Part shown: piece after piece, positions 9,626 to 20,157 of the stretch
How positions within the stretch are numbered: the first letter of the stretch is position 1
Layout: every line of letters begins with the position of its first letter
Program-made: the position numbers and the translations under genes
From: Terriglobia bacterium
GTDB taxonomy: Bacteria > Acidobacteriota > Terriglobia > 20CM-2-55-15
Assembly: GCA_965218585.1 (NCBI GenBank)
Contig: CBDCLE010000023.1
Location: forward strand, 10,162-74,161
DNA length: 64,000 nucleotides
Direction: 5' to 3'
Notes under the pieces: model-generated
Told to the model about the DNA's origin: nothing
The model's input: the letters and a program-made list of their open reading frames with translations, nothing else
Databases searched by the model: none

Positions 9626-10038
9626 AAGAAATGTGCCTCCTTACTTTGATTAGGCAGAATTGTATTCTTGTTAAAACTTCGGCGAATCTTCAAACCAGTC
9701 GCGGGTCATCGCAGGAAAGAGGAGCTCTGCCGATCGCACAGAGTAGCAGATGCACCGCATCTGGTGCAAGCTGCGGGTGGTACTGGAAAAAACGCCGCTA
9801 AAGGCGTCTCGGGTCCGGCTATTTCAAACGCGAGTCAGGGCCATAGCCAACTGCTTCCCCTGTCTCATTTTCAATCACTTCCGGCCCCATTCCGGCCCCC
9901 ACTCTTGATATATACTGGGCCCTCGGATCAGCCAATGGCCCTCCTGTCCGGCCAACCTCAGAGGTTCAAGAGTCCGCTGGGTGCTCCCGGACCCGTTCCC
10001 GATAACAGCCATTGCGGATCTCCAATAGAATTAAGCAC

Positions 10039-12228
10039 ATGACCACGGGAAAACATCCAGAACCTGATCGGCCGGAGGACTGGCAGGAGCGGGCTCGGAC
10101 AGAATCCAGGGGCAGGCCTCTCGAAGAACTCAACTGGGAGACCCCCGAGGGCATCCGCGTCAAGCCTCTGTACACGGCCGACGATTTGGACGAGATCTCC
10201 CACCTCGGCAACCTGCCCGGGTTCGCACCGTACGTCCGCGGCCCAAAAGCCACGATGTATGCCGGTCGGCCATGGACGGTTCGCCAGTACGCGGGTTTTT
10301 CCACAGCCGAGGAATCCAACGCGTTTTACCGGAATAACTTGGCCGCTGGTCAGACCGGTCTTTCGGTCGCATTCGACCTGGCTACACACAGGGGCTACGA
10401 CTCGGATCATCCGCGTGTGGTGGGCGATGTGGGCAAGGCCGGCGTGGCTATCGATACGATCGAGGACATGAAGATCCTGTTCGACGGTATGCCCCTGGAG
10501 CAGATGTCGGTGTCGATGACGATGAACGGAGCGGTCCTGCCAATCATGGCGATGTACATCGTTGCCGCCGAGGAACAGGGCGTCAGTCCGGACCAGTTGG
10601 CGGGTACGCTCCAGAACGACATCCTGAAGGAATTCATGGTCCGAAATACCTATATCTATCCGCCCGAGCCTTCGATGCGAATAGTGGCCGACATCATTTC
10701 TTATACCGCCCGGCACATGCCCAAATTCAACTCGGTATCCATCTCCGGCTACCACATGCTGGAAGCCGGAGCCACCAGCGTGCAGGAACTGGGGTTCACG
10801 CTGGCCGACGGGATCGAATACGTGCGTGCAGCCCTCGGCAACGGATTAAAGGTCGATCAATTCGCACCCCGACTTTCGTTCTTCTTTGGTATCGGAATGA
10901 ACTTCTTCATGGAAGTCGCAAAACTCCGGGCGGCAAGGTTGCTCTGGTCCTCGCTGATCGAGGAACTGTTCTCGCCCCAAGACCCCCGCTCGTTGATGCT
11001 GCGAACACATTGCCAGACATCAGGCGTCAGCCTGACGAGTCAGGACGCTTACAACAACATCGTCCGCACGACCGTGGAGGCCATGGCTGCTGCCCTGGGC
11101 GGCACCCAGTCACTCCACACAAATTCCTTCGACGAAGCCCTCGCCTTGCCCACGCCGTTCTCCGCTCACATCGCACGCAATACACAGCTTGTGCTACAAG
11201 AAGAAACTGGAATCACACGCGTGGTCGATCCGCTCGCCGGGTCCTACTACGTCGAGAGTCTGACCGCTTCGCTTGCAGCCGAAGCCCGGAAGCTCATCGA
11301 TGAAGTCGAAGAACTCGGGGGTATGACCCGGGCCGTCGAATCCGGCATGCCGAAGATGCGAATCGAGCAGGCCGCGGCGCTCAGGCAGGCTCGCATCGAC
11401 CGTGGGGAAGAGGTCGTCGTCGGTGTGAACAAGTATCGGCGCGAGGACGAACCGGACATTGAAATTCTGGACATCGATAACCGAGCGGTGCGGAAGGGCC
11501 AGATTGAGCGTCTGGACAGGGTTCGGAAAGAGAGGGACGAGTCGCCATGCCAGGCTCGACTGGAGGCTTTGACAGCCGCAGCAGAAGCAGGCACCGAGAA
11601 CCTGCTTGTCCTGGCCATCGATGCCGCCAGGGCACGAGCAAGCGTCGGGGAAATTTCCGATGCTGTTGAGAAGGTGTACGGACGCCACAAGGCAGTCATT
11701 CACTCGGTTAGCGGCGTCTACGGATCTGCTTACGAGGGAGACATTGGCTTTATGGAGATCCAGCGGGACATCGACGCGTTCGCACGTGAAGAAGGCCGGC
11801 GGCCCCGCATACTGATTGCCAAGCTGGGTCAAGATGGGCATGATCGCGGCGCCAAGGTTATCGCGACGGCGTTCGCCGACATCGGGTTTGACGTCGATAT
11901 CGGCCCGCTGTTCCAAACTCCGGAAGAAGCCGCAGGGCATGCCATCGAAAACGACGTTCACGTCGTCGGCGTGTCGTCTCAAGCGGCAGGCCACAAAACG
12001 CTTGTTCCCCAGCTGTTGGATTCGCTCAAGAAGCAAGGCGCGAACGAAATCATCGTTGTGTGCGGGGGTGTCATCCCACCGCAGGACTACGACGAACTGA
12101 AGGCCGCCGGCGTAGCCGCGGTGTATGGACCGGGAACGAACATCCCTGTGGCGGCCGGTGAAGTACTGAACCTGATTCGTGAAAGGCGGAAAGCCACACT
12201 AGCGACGCCACAACCAAAGAAGGTTTAA
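10039..12228 (+). CDS. scpA: Methylmalonyl-CoA mutase (B12-dependent)
   Basis: [23 protein letters not shown]12-binding GQDGHDRG. Start placed at ATG 10039. Confidence 0.96.
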   Translation: MTTGKHPEPDRPEDWQERARTESRGRPLEELNWETPEGIRVKPLYTADDLDEISHLGNLPGFAPYVRGPKATMYAGRPWTVRQYAGFSTAEESNAFYRNNLAAGQTGLSVAFDLATHRGYDSDHPRVVGDVGKAGVAIDTIEDMKILFDGMPLEQMSVSMTMNGAVLPIMAMYIVAAEEQGVSPDQLAGTLQNDILKEFMVRNTYIYPPEPSMRIVADIISYTARHMPKFNSVSISGYHMLEAGATSVQELGFTLADGIEYVRAALGNGLKVDQFAPRLSFFFGIGMNFFMEVAKLRAARLLWSSLIEELFSPQDPRSLMLRTHCQTSGVSLTSQDAYNNIVRTTVEAMAAALGGTQSLHTNSFDEALALPTPFSAHIARNTQLVLQEETGITRVVDPLAGSYYVESLTASLAAEARKLIDEVEELGGMTRAVESGMPKMRIEQAAALRQARIDRGEEVVVGVNKYRREDEPDIEILDIDNRAVRKGQIERLDRVRKERDESPCQARLEALTAAAEAGTENLLVLAIDAARARASVGEISDAVEKVYGRHKAVIHSVSGVYGSAYEGDIGFMEIQRDIDAFAREEGRRPRILIAKLGQDGHDRGAKVIATAFADIGFDVDIGPLFQTPEEAAGHAIENDVHVVGVSSQAAGHKTLVPQLLDSLKKQGANEIIVVCGGVIPPQDYDELKAAGVAAVYGPGTNIPVAAGEVLNLIRERRKATLATPQPKKV

Positions 12229-12240
12229 TCGGAGACGTTC

Positions 12241-13773
12241 ATGCAAGACATCATCGAACAATTGGAACAAATGCGATCAGCCGCGAAACTCGGCGGCGGC
12301 AAAGACCGTATCCAGAAACAACATGCGAAGGGCAAACTGACAGCGCGCGAGCGCATCGAACTGCTCCTCGACTCCGGTAGCTTCGAAGAATGGGATATGT
12401 TCGTCGAACATCGGTCGACCGACTTCGGCATGGGCGACAACAAGATACCCGGTGACGGCGTCGTTACCGGCTACGGAACGATCAACGGCCGACTCGTCTT
12501 CGTCTTCAGCCAGGACTTCACCGTGTTCGGTGGGTCGTTGTCGGAAGCCCACGCGGAAAAAATCTGCAAGGTAATGAAGCAGGCCATGAAGGTCGGCGCT
12601 CCGCTGATCGGATTGAACGATTCCGGGGGTGCACGCATCCAGGAAGGAGTTGCCTCCCTGGGCGGCTATGCCGATGTCTTTCAGCAGAACGTCCTGGCCT
12701 CAGGTGTCGTCCCCCAGATCTCGCTGATCATGGGCCCCAGTGCCGGCGGTGCAGTCTACTCCCCAGCGATCACTGACTTTATCTTCATGGTACGAGACAG
12801 TGCTTACATGTTTGTGACCGGGCCCGACGTCGTCAAGACTGTCACTCATGAAGAAGTCACGGCCGAGGAACTCGGCGGGGCGGTCACACACACCTCGAAA
12901 TCCGGGGTGGCCGATCTGGCATTCGAAAACGACGTCGAAGCGCTGCTGATGACGCGGCGGCTCGTCAATTTCCTTCCTCCGAATAACAAAGACAAACCGC
13001 CTACCTGGCCCACATCTGATCCGATGAGCCGCGTGGAATGGTCCCTGGACAGCCTTGTACCTGACGATCCGGCCAAGCCATACGACATGAAGGAATTGAT
13101 CGTGAAGGTAGCCGACGAAGGCGATTTCTTCGAGATACAGACCGAATACGCCAAGAACATTGTTGTGGGGTTCATTCGCATGGAAGGATCGACCGTCGGC
13201 GTCATAGCCAATCAGCCCATGGTCCTGGCAGGCTGTCTGGACATCAATTCGTCGGTGAAAGGAGCGCGTTTTGTCCGTTTCTGCGACGCTTTCAACATAC
13301 CCATGCTGACGCTGGTCGATGTGCCGGGATTCATGCCGGGCACCGCCCAGGAATACGGCGGCATCATCAAACAAGGGGCAAAACTACTGTATGCCTATGC
13401 GGAAGCCACGGTGCCCAAAGTTACCGTCATTACGCGCAAAGCCTACGGTGGGGCCTATGACGTCATGTCCTCGAAGCACCTGCGCGGAGACGTCAATTTT
13501 GCATGGCCGAGCGCCGAGATTGCAGTGATGGGACCGAAAGGAGCCGTAGAAATCATTTTCCGCCAGGACCTGGGAGACGAAGAGAAGATCGCGGAGCGGA
13601 CCGAAGAATATCGGAAAAAGTTCGCGAATCCATTCATCGCGGGAAGCCGCGGATACATCGACGATGTCATCATGCCGAGAAATACACGCGCACGGGTTGC
13701 ACGGTCCTTCGCGATGCTCAGGAACAAGTCGCTGGAGAATCCCTGGCGTAAACATGGAAACATTCCTTTGTAG
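12241..13773 (+). CDS. pccB: Propionyl-CoA carboxylase beta (carboxyltransferase)
   Basis: [32 protein letters not shown]. Confidence 0.95.
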   Translation: MQDIIEQLEQMRSAAKLGGGKDRIQKQHAKGKLTARERIELLLDSGSFEEWDMFVEHRSTDFGMGDNKIPGDGVVTGYGTINGRLVFVFSQDFTVFGGSLSEAHAEKICKVMKQAMKVGAPLIGLNDSGGARIQEGVASLGGYADVFQQNVLASGVVPQISLIMGPSAGGAVYSPAITDFIFMVRDSAYMFVTGPDVVKTVTHEEVTAEELGGAVTHTSKSGVADLAFENDVEALLMTRRLVNFLPPNNKDKPPTWPTSDPMSRVEWSLDSLVPDDPAKPYDMKELIVKVADEGDFFEIQTEYAKNIVVGFIRMEGSTVGVIANQPMVLAGCLDINSSVKGARFVRFCDAFNIPMLTLVDVPGFMPGTAQEYGGIIKQGAKLLYAYAEATVPKVTVITRKAYGGAYDVMSSKHLRGDVNFAWPSAEIAVMGPKGAVEIIFRQDLGDEEKIAERTEEYRKKFANPFIAGSRGYIDDVIMPRNTRARVARSFAMLRNKSLENPWRKHGNIPL

Positions 13774-13802
13774 ATGAAGCAGCACGCCAAGAAAGCGATC
13801 AC

Positions 13803-15788
13803 ATGTTCGAAAAGATTCTGATAGCAAACCGGGGTGAAATCGCCTGCCGGGTCATGAAAACCGCGAAGAAGATGGGAATCCGCACGGTGGCCGTGTATTC
13901 GGATGCCGACCGGGACGCCGTGCACCGGCGGATGGCAGATGAAGCCGTGCGTATAGGCCCGCCGCCCGCAGCCGAGAGCTATCTGGTGGTAAACAACATT
14001 CTGGACGCGATCAGGGAAACAGGCGCCGAGGCCGTGCATCCCGGCTACGGCTTCCTTTCTGAAAACGCAGCCTTCCGAGAGGCACTCGAGGGCGCTGGCG
14101 TCACCTTTATCGGTCCCGGCGTTGAGGCGATCAACAGCATGGGCGACAAGATCACGTCCAAGAAGCTGGCCGCCGATGCCGGCGTCAATACGATTCCCGG
14201 ATTCGGGGAGACAATCGAGAGTGGGGATCATGCCGTAAAAGTGGCGCGTGAAATTGGTTACCCCGTGATGCTGAAGGCCAGCGCGGGTGGTGGCGGAAAA
14301 GGCATGCGCGTTGTGATCAGCGACGAAGAGACACGCGAGGGTTTCGAGCGTGCGACAAACGAGGCTCAGACCAGCTTCGGCGACGGTCGTGTGTTCGCCG
14401 AGAAATTCATCGAACAGCCGCGGCACATCGAAATCCAGGTGCTCGCCGACACGCAGGGGAACACGATCTTTCTGGGCGAACGCGAGTGTTCCATTCAGCG
14501 GCGCCACCAGAAAGTGATCGAAGAGGCCCCGTCGCCTTTCCTGAACAGGTCCACACGAGAAGCAATGGGTAAACAGGCCGTGGCACTAGCCAGATCGGTG
14601 AACTACTGTTCGGCGGGAACGGTTGAATTCATCGTCGATGCCAAGCGTGACTTCTATTTCCTCGAGATGAATACGCGCTTGCAGGTCGAACACCCTGTGA
14701 CCGAACTGGTAACCGGCCTGGATCTGGTGGAGTTGATGATTCGTATCGCTGCAGGTGAGGCACTCGACATCCGGCAAAAGGACGTGAAGCTGAAAGGCTC
14801 GGCGATCGAGAGCCGGATCTATGCGGAGGATCCGTTCCGCAATTTCATGCCGTCCACAGGCCGACTGGTGCGCTATCAGGCACCGATTGAGACAAAAGTC
14901 ACCCGGATTGATACGGGAATCGAAGAAGGCAGTGAAGTTTCCATGTTTTACGACCCGATGATCGCCAAGCTCATCACCTATGGAGACGACCGGGCCCAGG
15001 CTCTCCGGCGAATGGGCGACGCGCTCGACGCCTACTATATCCGCGGCGTGTCGCATAACATCAGCTTCCTGAACGCTCTGATCGCCCATCCCAGGTTCAT
15101 TAAGGGGAAACTGAGCACGAGTTTCATCGCTGACGAATTCCCTGACGGCTTTCATGCAAACCACGTCCCTCACCACGATCCTGTCCTGCCGGTAGCTGTC
15201 GCCGGAGCCGTCCACCAGAAACATATGCTCCGTGGAGCAGAACTCTCAGGCCAGCTGCCCAGCCACGAACGCCGGGTCGGTGACAGATGGACGGTCATTG
15301 TCGACAAGAAACACTGGGCCATAACCGCAAGGCCCATTGAGGGCGGTTTCGAGATCAAGCACGGTAAGAGCACTTACAGTGTCATGACGGAATGGGAGAT
15401 TGGTAATCCCTTGTTTCGGGCGGAGATCAACGGCCAACAAGTCTGCTTTCAGATTGACGACGAGGGCGCCCGATATCGGTTGTCACATCGCGGCTCACAA
15501 GTGGATGCGCTTGTCATAACGCAGAAGGCGGCGGAACTGAACCGTCATATGCTCGAAAAGCAGCCGCCAGATCTTTCGAAGTTTCTGCTGTCGCCAATGC
15601 CGGGGCTCTTGATCCAGCTCCGGGTGAAGGCGGGTGACCAGGTCAAGGCGGGCGAGGAACTGGCCGTGGTCGAAGCGATGAAAATGGAAAACAGCCTACG
15701 GTCTTCCGAAGACGTCACTATTCGGAAAACACTCGCAGCCCAAGGGGATAGCCTCGTCGTCGATCAACCGATCTTGGAATTTGAATAA
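13803..15788 (+). CDS. pccA: Propionyl-CoA carboxylase alpha (biotin carboxylase + BCCP)
   Basis: ILIANRGEIA, EMNTRLQVEH, biotinylation motif EAMKM. Confidence 0.95.
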   Translation: MFEKILIANRGEIACRVMKTAKKMGIRTVAVYSDADRDAVHRRMADEAVRIGPPPAAESYLVVNNILDAIRETGAEAVHPGYGFLSENAAFREALEGAGVTFIGPGVEAINSMGDKITSKKLAADAGVNTIPGFGETIESGDHAVKVAREIGYPVMLKASAGGGGKGMRVVISDEETREGFERATNEAQTSFGDGRVFAEKFIEQPRHIEIQVLADTQGNTIFLGERECSIQRRHQKVIEEAPSPFLNRSTREAMGKQAVALARSVNYCSAGTVEFIVDAKRDFYFLEMNTRLQVEHPVTELVTGLDLVELMIRIAAGEALDIRQKDVKLKGSAIESRIYAEDPFRNFMPSTGRLVRYQAPIETKVTRIDTGIEEGSEVSMFYDPMIAKLITYGDDRAQALRRMGDALDAYYIRGVSHNISFLNALIAHPRFIKGKLSTSFIADEFPDGFHANHVPHHDPVLPVAVAGAVHQKHMLRGAELSGQLPSHERRVGDRWTVIVDKKHWAITARPIEGGFEIKHGKSTYSVMTEWEIGNPLFRAEINGQQVCFQIDDEGARYRLSHRGSQVDALVITQKAAELNRHMLEKQPPDLSKFLLSPMPGLLIQLRVKAGDQVKAGEELAVVEAMKMENSLRSSEDVTIRKTLAAQGDSLVVDQPILEFE

Positions 15789-15794
15789 CGCGGC

Positions 15795-16784
15795 ATGTCG
15801 TCACCCGATGCCAACAAGCTCGCCCAAACCGTCCTCGGCGGGGATCGCCGAGCCCTCGCCCAAGCCATTACCCTGATCGAATCTACCCGCCCTGAAGATC
15901 GTCAAGGGGCCCATGTCCTTCTGGAAATACTCGTTCCGAAAGCAGGTCAGTCGATTCGAATCGGTATTTCGGGTGCCCCGGGTGTCGGAAAATCTACCTT
16001 CATTGAAAGCCTTGGAAACTACCTGATCGGTGAAGGCCACAAGGTTGCTGTCCTCGCAGTCGATCCCTCTTCGGCCCTCAGCGGAGGATCGATACTCGGC
16101 GACAAGACGCGGATGGAACTGTTGTCACGAAAGCCGGAAGCTTTTATCCGGCCGTCTCCCTCCGGAACGACGTTGGGAGGAGTCACGCGGCGAACCCGGG
16201 AAACGATGCTCGTCGCCGAAGCTGCTGGTTTCGACGTGTTGCTCATCGAAACCGTCGGCGTCGGACAGTCCGAAACCGCCGTCGCCCAAATGACTGATAT
16301 GTTCATCCTGATGCTGTTGCCGGGAGGCGGGGATGACCTGCAGGGAATCAAGAGGGGCATCGTTGAACTGGCGGACTTGATCCTGGTCAACAAGTCCGAT
16401 GGCGACATGCAGCCGGTTGCCGAACGCTCGGTCACCGACTATCGAAACGGATTGCACTTCTTGCGTCCGCGCAGTGAGCACTGGCAAGTGCCGGTGGAGG
16501 GCTATTCGGCGATCGAGGGTTCAGCTACTCCCCGGGTGTGGGAGATTGTAGAGCAATACCAGAAGGCGCTGGTCGACGCAGGTGAGATCGAACGAAAACG
16601 TGAGGATCAGGCAAGGGCGTGGATGTGGAGCGAGGTCACCGATGAATTGCTCGATGAGCTCAAGGACGATCCCGACGTGAAGGGAAAGATCGCCGAGCTC
16701 GAGCGGAGGGTCACAGAAGGCAGTTTGTCACCGACTGTGGCCGCACAGGAATTGATCGCCGCTTTCCTGAAGCGAGATAGCTGA
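15795..16784 (+). CDS. meaB: MeaB GTPase, paralogue 2
   Basis: GAPGVGKST, GGSILGDKTRM, ETVGVGQSE; within the mutase operon. Confidence 0.94.
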   Translation: MSSPDANKLAQTVLGGDRRALAQAITLIESTRPEDRQGAHVLLEILVPKAGQSIRIGISGAPGVGKSTFIESLGNYLIGEGHKVAVLAVDPSSALSGGSILGDKTRMELLSRKPEAFIRPSPSGTTLGGVTRRTRETMLVAEAAGFDVLLIETVGVGQSETAVAQMTDMFILMLLPGGGDDLQGIKRGIVELADLILVNKSDGDMQPVAERSVTDYRNGLHFLRPRSEHWQVPVEGYSAIEGSATPRVWEIVEQYQKALVDAGEIERKREDQARAWMWSEVTDELLDELKDDPDVKGKIAELERRVTEGSLSPTVAAQELIAAFLKRDS

Positions 16785-16798
16785 CGTTTGTGAGGGTC

Positions 16799-17203
16799 AT
16801 GATTGGAAAGCTCAATCACGTGGCAATAGCCGTACCGGATCTCGAGCAGGCGGTCGCCGTCTACAAGGGACTTCTGGGCGCGAGCGTGTCGCCCCCAGTC
16901 GAGCTTCCCGAACACGGCGTGACGACAGTCTTTGTCGAATTGCCCAACACCAAGATCGAACTGCTGCATCCGCTGGGAGAGGACTCACCGATCGGACGGT
17001 TCCTCGAGCGCAATCCTTCGGGAGGAATGCATCACGTCTGCTATGAGGTGGAGGATATTCTCGCGGCCCGTGACAAGCTGACGGCAGCTGGTGCGAGAGT
17101 GCTCGGGGATGGAGAACCGAGTATCGGGGCTCACGGGAAACCCGTGCTGTTTCTGCACCCTAAGGATTTCTGCGGGACGCTGATTGAGCTCGAGCAGGTC
17201 TAG
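16799..17203 (+). CDS. mce: Methylmalonyl-CoA epimerase
   Basis: MIGKLNHVAIAV, GGMHHVCYEV, FLHPKD..GTLIELEQ. Confidence 0.95.
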   Translation: MIGKLNHVAIAVPDLEQAVAVYKGLLGASVSPPVELPEHGVTTVFVELPNTKIELLHPLGEDSPIGRFLERNPSGGMHHVCYEVEDILAARDKLTAAGARVLGDGEPSIGAHGKPVLFLHPKDFCGTLIELEQV

Positions 17204-17290
17204 AAGCCGCCGGCTATCGAAAATCGCCTTCTCTCCCGACGGCCTGTCCCCAAGCCGGCACACTCCAGCTGATCCCACTTTACTCACTTC

Positions 17291-17369
17291 GAAGATTTCG
17301 CTCGGTTGTTCATTCGGACATCCTGTCCGAACGACCGGCGACGCTCGCGATCATCCTGATCGCAAGCCC
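17291..17369 (-). repeat. Two-hairpin intergenic element, copy C
   Basis: Minus strand: GCTTGCGATC-AGGAT-GATCGCGAGC GTCGCC GGTCGTTCGGAC-AGGAT-GTCCGAATGAACAACC GAGCGAAATCTTC. Confidence 0.88.
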
Positions 17370-17414
17370 TTTTTTCGGACAAGATTGGACGTTGTGGGGA
17401 GAGGCTGTCAGGCA

Positions 17415-18544
17415 CTACCCAAAAACATAAACGACGCCGTCGGTCGAACCGATCACGACCCGGCCATCGGCGATCGCCGGGGACGCGGTCAAGTCGGCTC
17501 CCGTGTTGAACTCCCACAGGTTAGATCCCGTGGTGGCGTCGAGCACGTACAGTCGCCCATCACTCGACCCGACGTAGACACGGCCGCCCGCGATTGCCGG
17601 AGACGAGTCCACGCGAGCGCGTGTCTCGAAGGTCCAGGCTGCTTCGCCGGTCGCGGTGTCAATCGCATGTACGAACTTGTCCCGTCCGCCGAGAATGATC
17701 CGACCGTCTTCCAGAGCTGCGGAAGAGTAATAGGGAAACTGTCTGTTCGGGTTGCTGTAGCGCCAGAGAACACTTCGGTCGGTGAGGTCCAGCCCCAGGA
17801 CTTCGTACTCGAAGGTTCCGAAATAGGCCCGATCGCGATCTAGCAACGGAGAGGCGGCCGTGTAGGCGCCCGCGATAATCTGGTACGCCTCTGTCCCGTC
17901 AGCGACACGGACCGCGCGGAAGATTCCATCGCACCCTGCAATAAACGCCAAACCGTCCTGGACTGCAGGCGTTGCATGCACCATGCTATCGGTCTGAAGT
18001 TTCCAACGGAGACTCCATCACCCGTGTCGAGCGCGTACAGGTGGGTGTCATAGGAACCAATTAGCACGACATCGTCTACGACGACCGGTGACGCCTTGAT
18101 CTCCCCGTCCGTTTGATATGTCCACAGAGGCTGGCCGTCTTCGGTACGCACCGCGTGAACGAACCCGTCGAGATCACCGACGTAGACAGTGCCCTGGTCG
18201 ATAGCGGGGGAAGATTCCACGATGAAACTCCCCGTGGAATAGCTCCACTTGAGTTCCCCGGATTCCAGATCAAGAGCAATCAGGTCGCCGTTGCCGACGC
18301 CCACATACACAACACCGTCTGCGATCGCGGCTGATGAGTCGATGGCATCCCCTGTCTCATAACTCCAGAGCAACTCCAAACTGCTGGGTGGAACCGTAGC
18401 CGCAACACCCGTCAGAGCAGGATCGCCACGAAACTGACTCCAGTTTTTGCTTCGAGCCGGGTCGGGTGTCTGGGCGGACACAGACGCAACCACGCCCATG
18501 AGGATCAGGAGAACGGATGACTTACGAATCAAACCAGACTTCAT
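17415..18544 (-). CDS. Secreted PQQ-like beta-propeller (frameshift near 18015, probable sequencing error)
   Basis: WSQFRGD start and regular SSPAIADG.V blades. Adding one G to GG at ~18015 restores GDGSLRWKLQTDSMVHATP. Confidence 0.82.
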
Positions 18545-18554
18545 TGGTCCATGG

Positions 18555-20018
18555 TTATTCGGCCGACAGCGCAAACAACTGGTTGCGGTTGTTCATGAAC
18601 AATGCCCCGTGCGCTGGAACGACAGTCGAATAGACTGCACTCCCCATGTTCATTTCAGCGAGCACATTTTCATCTCGCCCGTGTTCGAGGACGACGACGT
18701 CGCCGTCTTCGTCTCCAAGATAGACTCTACCGTCAACTACGAAAGCCGAGCCCCAAATGGCTGCGAAGGTATCGTGAACCCAGTAGGGCTCACCTGTGGC
18801 AGCATCGAGGCAGTGCAGGTAGCCGCTGAAGTCGGCGATATAGACCAGGCCGTCAACAACGGCAGCCGTGGAAATGGAACGACGGATATCCTCGTAGTGC
18901 CAAATGGCGCCGCTTTCTGTAATATCCCCGCTTCGGGTCGCATCGATCGCATAGAAATGCCCGACGCCTTCTCCATGCTCCGGGTCCTGTCCGTTTCCGA
19001 TGTAAACACGGTCTTCGTAGATGACAGGCGTTGAGATGACTTCGTTGCGTGTTCGCGGCCACACCGAGTCTTTCGGGTTCGTGTCAAACTCCCACAGCTT
19101 TTCGCCTGTCTCGGCCACGTAGCCACGCACCCACCCGTCACCCTGCGCAGAAACCACCTGGATGACGCCGTCGATCTCGCCCACCGAAGGCGTTGACCAC
19201 TGCCCGTGCAGGATCCGATCTTCGACAGAGTTGTCTTCCCAGACCCACTCGCCCGTGTCTTTGTTGATAGCGACAATCGACGGAGCCAGGGGAGAAGGCA
19301 CATTGACATGACTTTCATCATGACCGTTGGACGTGCTTACAAATATCAAATCCTCCCACATGACGGGAGAGGAGTTGGACATGTTGTGCGGGTAAGCACC
19401 CACTTCTTCCAACATGTCGAATTCCCAGAGGACATCGGCATCGAATTCCCCGGTGCGTTCCTCATCGGTGATCGCGCCATCGTTCTCTCCGTCACGGAAA
19501 CCCTGAATGTCCAACGCCGTGACCACTCCGCGATTCGTCGTGTAATAGAGACGCTCGTCCACAACCAATGGTGAGGAGGCTACGCCCTGAAATGGCCAAT
19601 CGTTGGCCCGTCCCGCCTCCAGCTTCGTATGCGTCTGCTGCCACAGGAACTCGCCGTCGGACTCTCGAAACGCCATCAGAACGCCACGATCTCCAGGTTG
19701 ATCGGGATCGCGCAACAACTCGTTGTTCGTTCCAACGAAGACCATTCCTCCTGCAACAACGGGATTGCCATAACTCTGTGAACCCAGATCAGCCACCCAC
19801 TTGACGTTACGTCCGGTTTCCACGTCCCACTCCGCCGGCAGACCGGTCATTTCCGACACCATGTTGCGGTCCGCGGTCCCGCCCCACATCGGCCAGTCTC
19901 CGGTTCCCGGCTCTCCGGGCTGCGTTCTCGCCGGAGCGCCCTCGGGGGCACACACCAATGCGATAACGAGAATGACAAAAGGCTTTGAGTTTTTCAAAAA
20001 TCGCATATATCTATCCAT
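18555..20018 (-). CDS. Secreted PQQ-like beta-propeller
   Basis: Signal peptide, WPMWGG..RN, GNPVVAGG and propeller blades. Start 20018 or 20006. Confidence 0.85.
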   Translation of the reverse strand: MDRYMRFLKNSKPFVILVIALVCAPEGAPARTQPGEPGTGDWPMWGGTADRNMVSEMTGLPAEWDVETGRNVKWVADLGSQSYGNPVVAGGMVFVGTNNELLRDPDQPGDRGVLMAFRESDGEFLWQQTHTKLEAGRANDWPFQGVASSPLVVDERLYYTTNRGVVTALDIQGFRDGENDGAITDEERTGEFDADVLWEFDMLEEVGAYPHNMSNSSPVMWEDLIFVSTSNGHDESHVNVPSPLAPSIVAINKDTGEWVWEDNSVEDRILHGQWSTPSVGEIDGVIQVVSAQGDGWVRGYVAETGEKLWEFDTNPKDSVWPRTRNEVISTPVIYEDRVYIGNGQDPEHGEGVGHFYAIDATRSGDITESGAIWHYEDIRRSISTAAVVDGLVYIADFSGYLHCLDAATGEPYWVHDTFAAIWGSAFVVDGRVYLGDEDGDVVVLEHGRDENVLAEMNMGSAVYSTVVPAHGALFMNNRNQLFALSAE

Positions 20019-20048
20019 TACCTCTGCCTTCCGACCCTTCCCCCCAAC

Positions 20049-20131
20049 GGCTTGCAATCAGGATGATTGGGAGCGTCGCCGGGCTTCTTGCATTCAGACG
20101 TCCTGTCTGAATGCAAGATCAAGCGAAATCC
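20049..20131 (+). repeat. Two-hairpin intergenic element, copy D (second loop inverted)
   Basis: GCTTGCAATC-AGGAT-GATTGGGAGC GTCGCC ... CTTGCATTCAGAC-GTCCT-GTCTGAATGCAAG ... AGCGAAATC. Confidence 0.8.
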
Positions 20132-20157
20132 TATTCTTGCGAGCCTAACTCAAGCCC

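Noticed and set aside
9626-10038. Cobalamin riboswitch upstream of scpA
   Set aside because: No B12-box (GCCACTG...GGGAAG, AGYCAGRAGACCTGCC) was seen on either strand.
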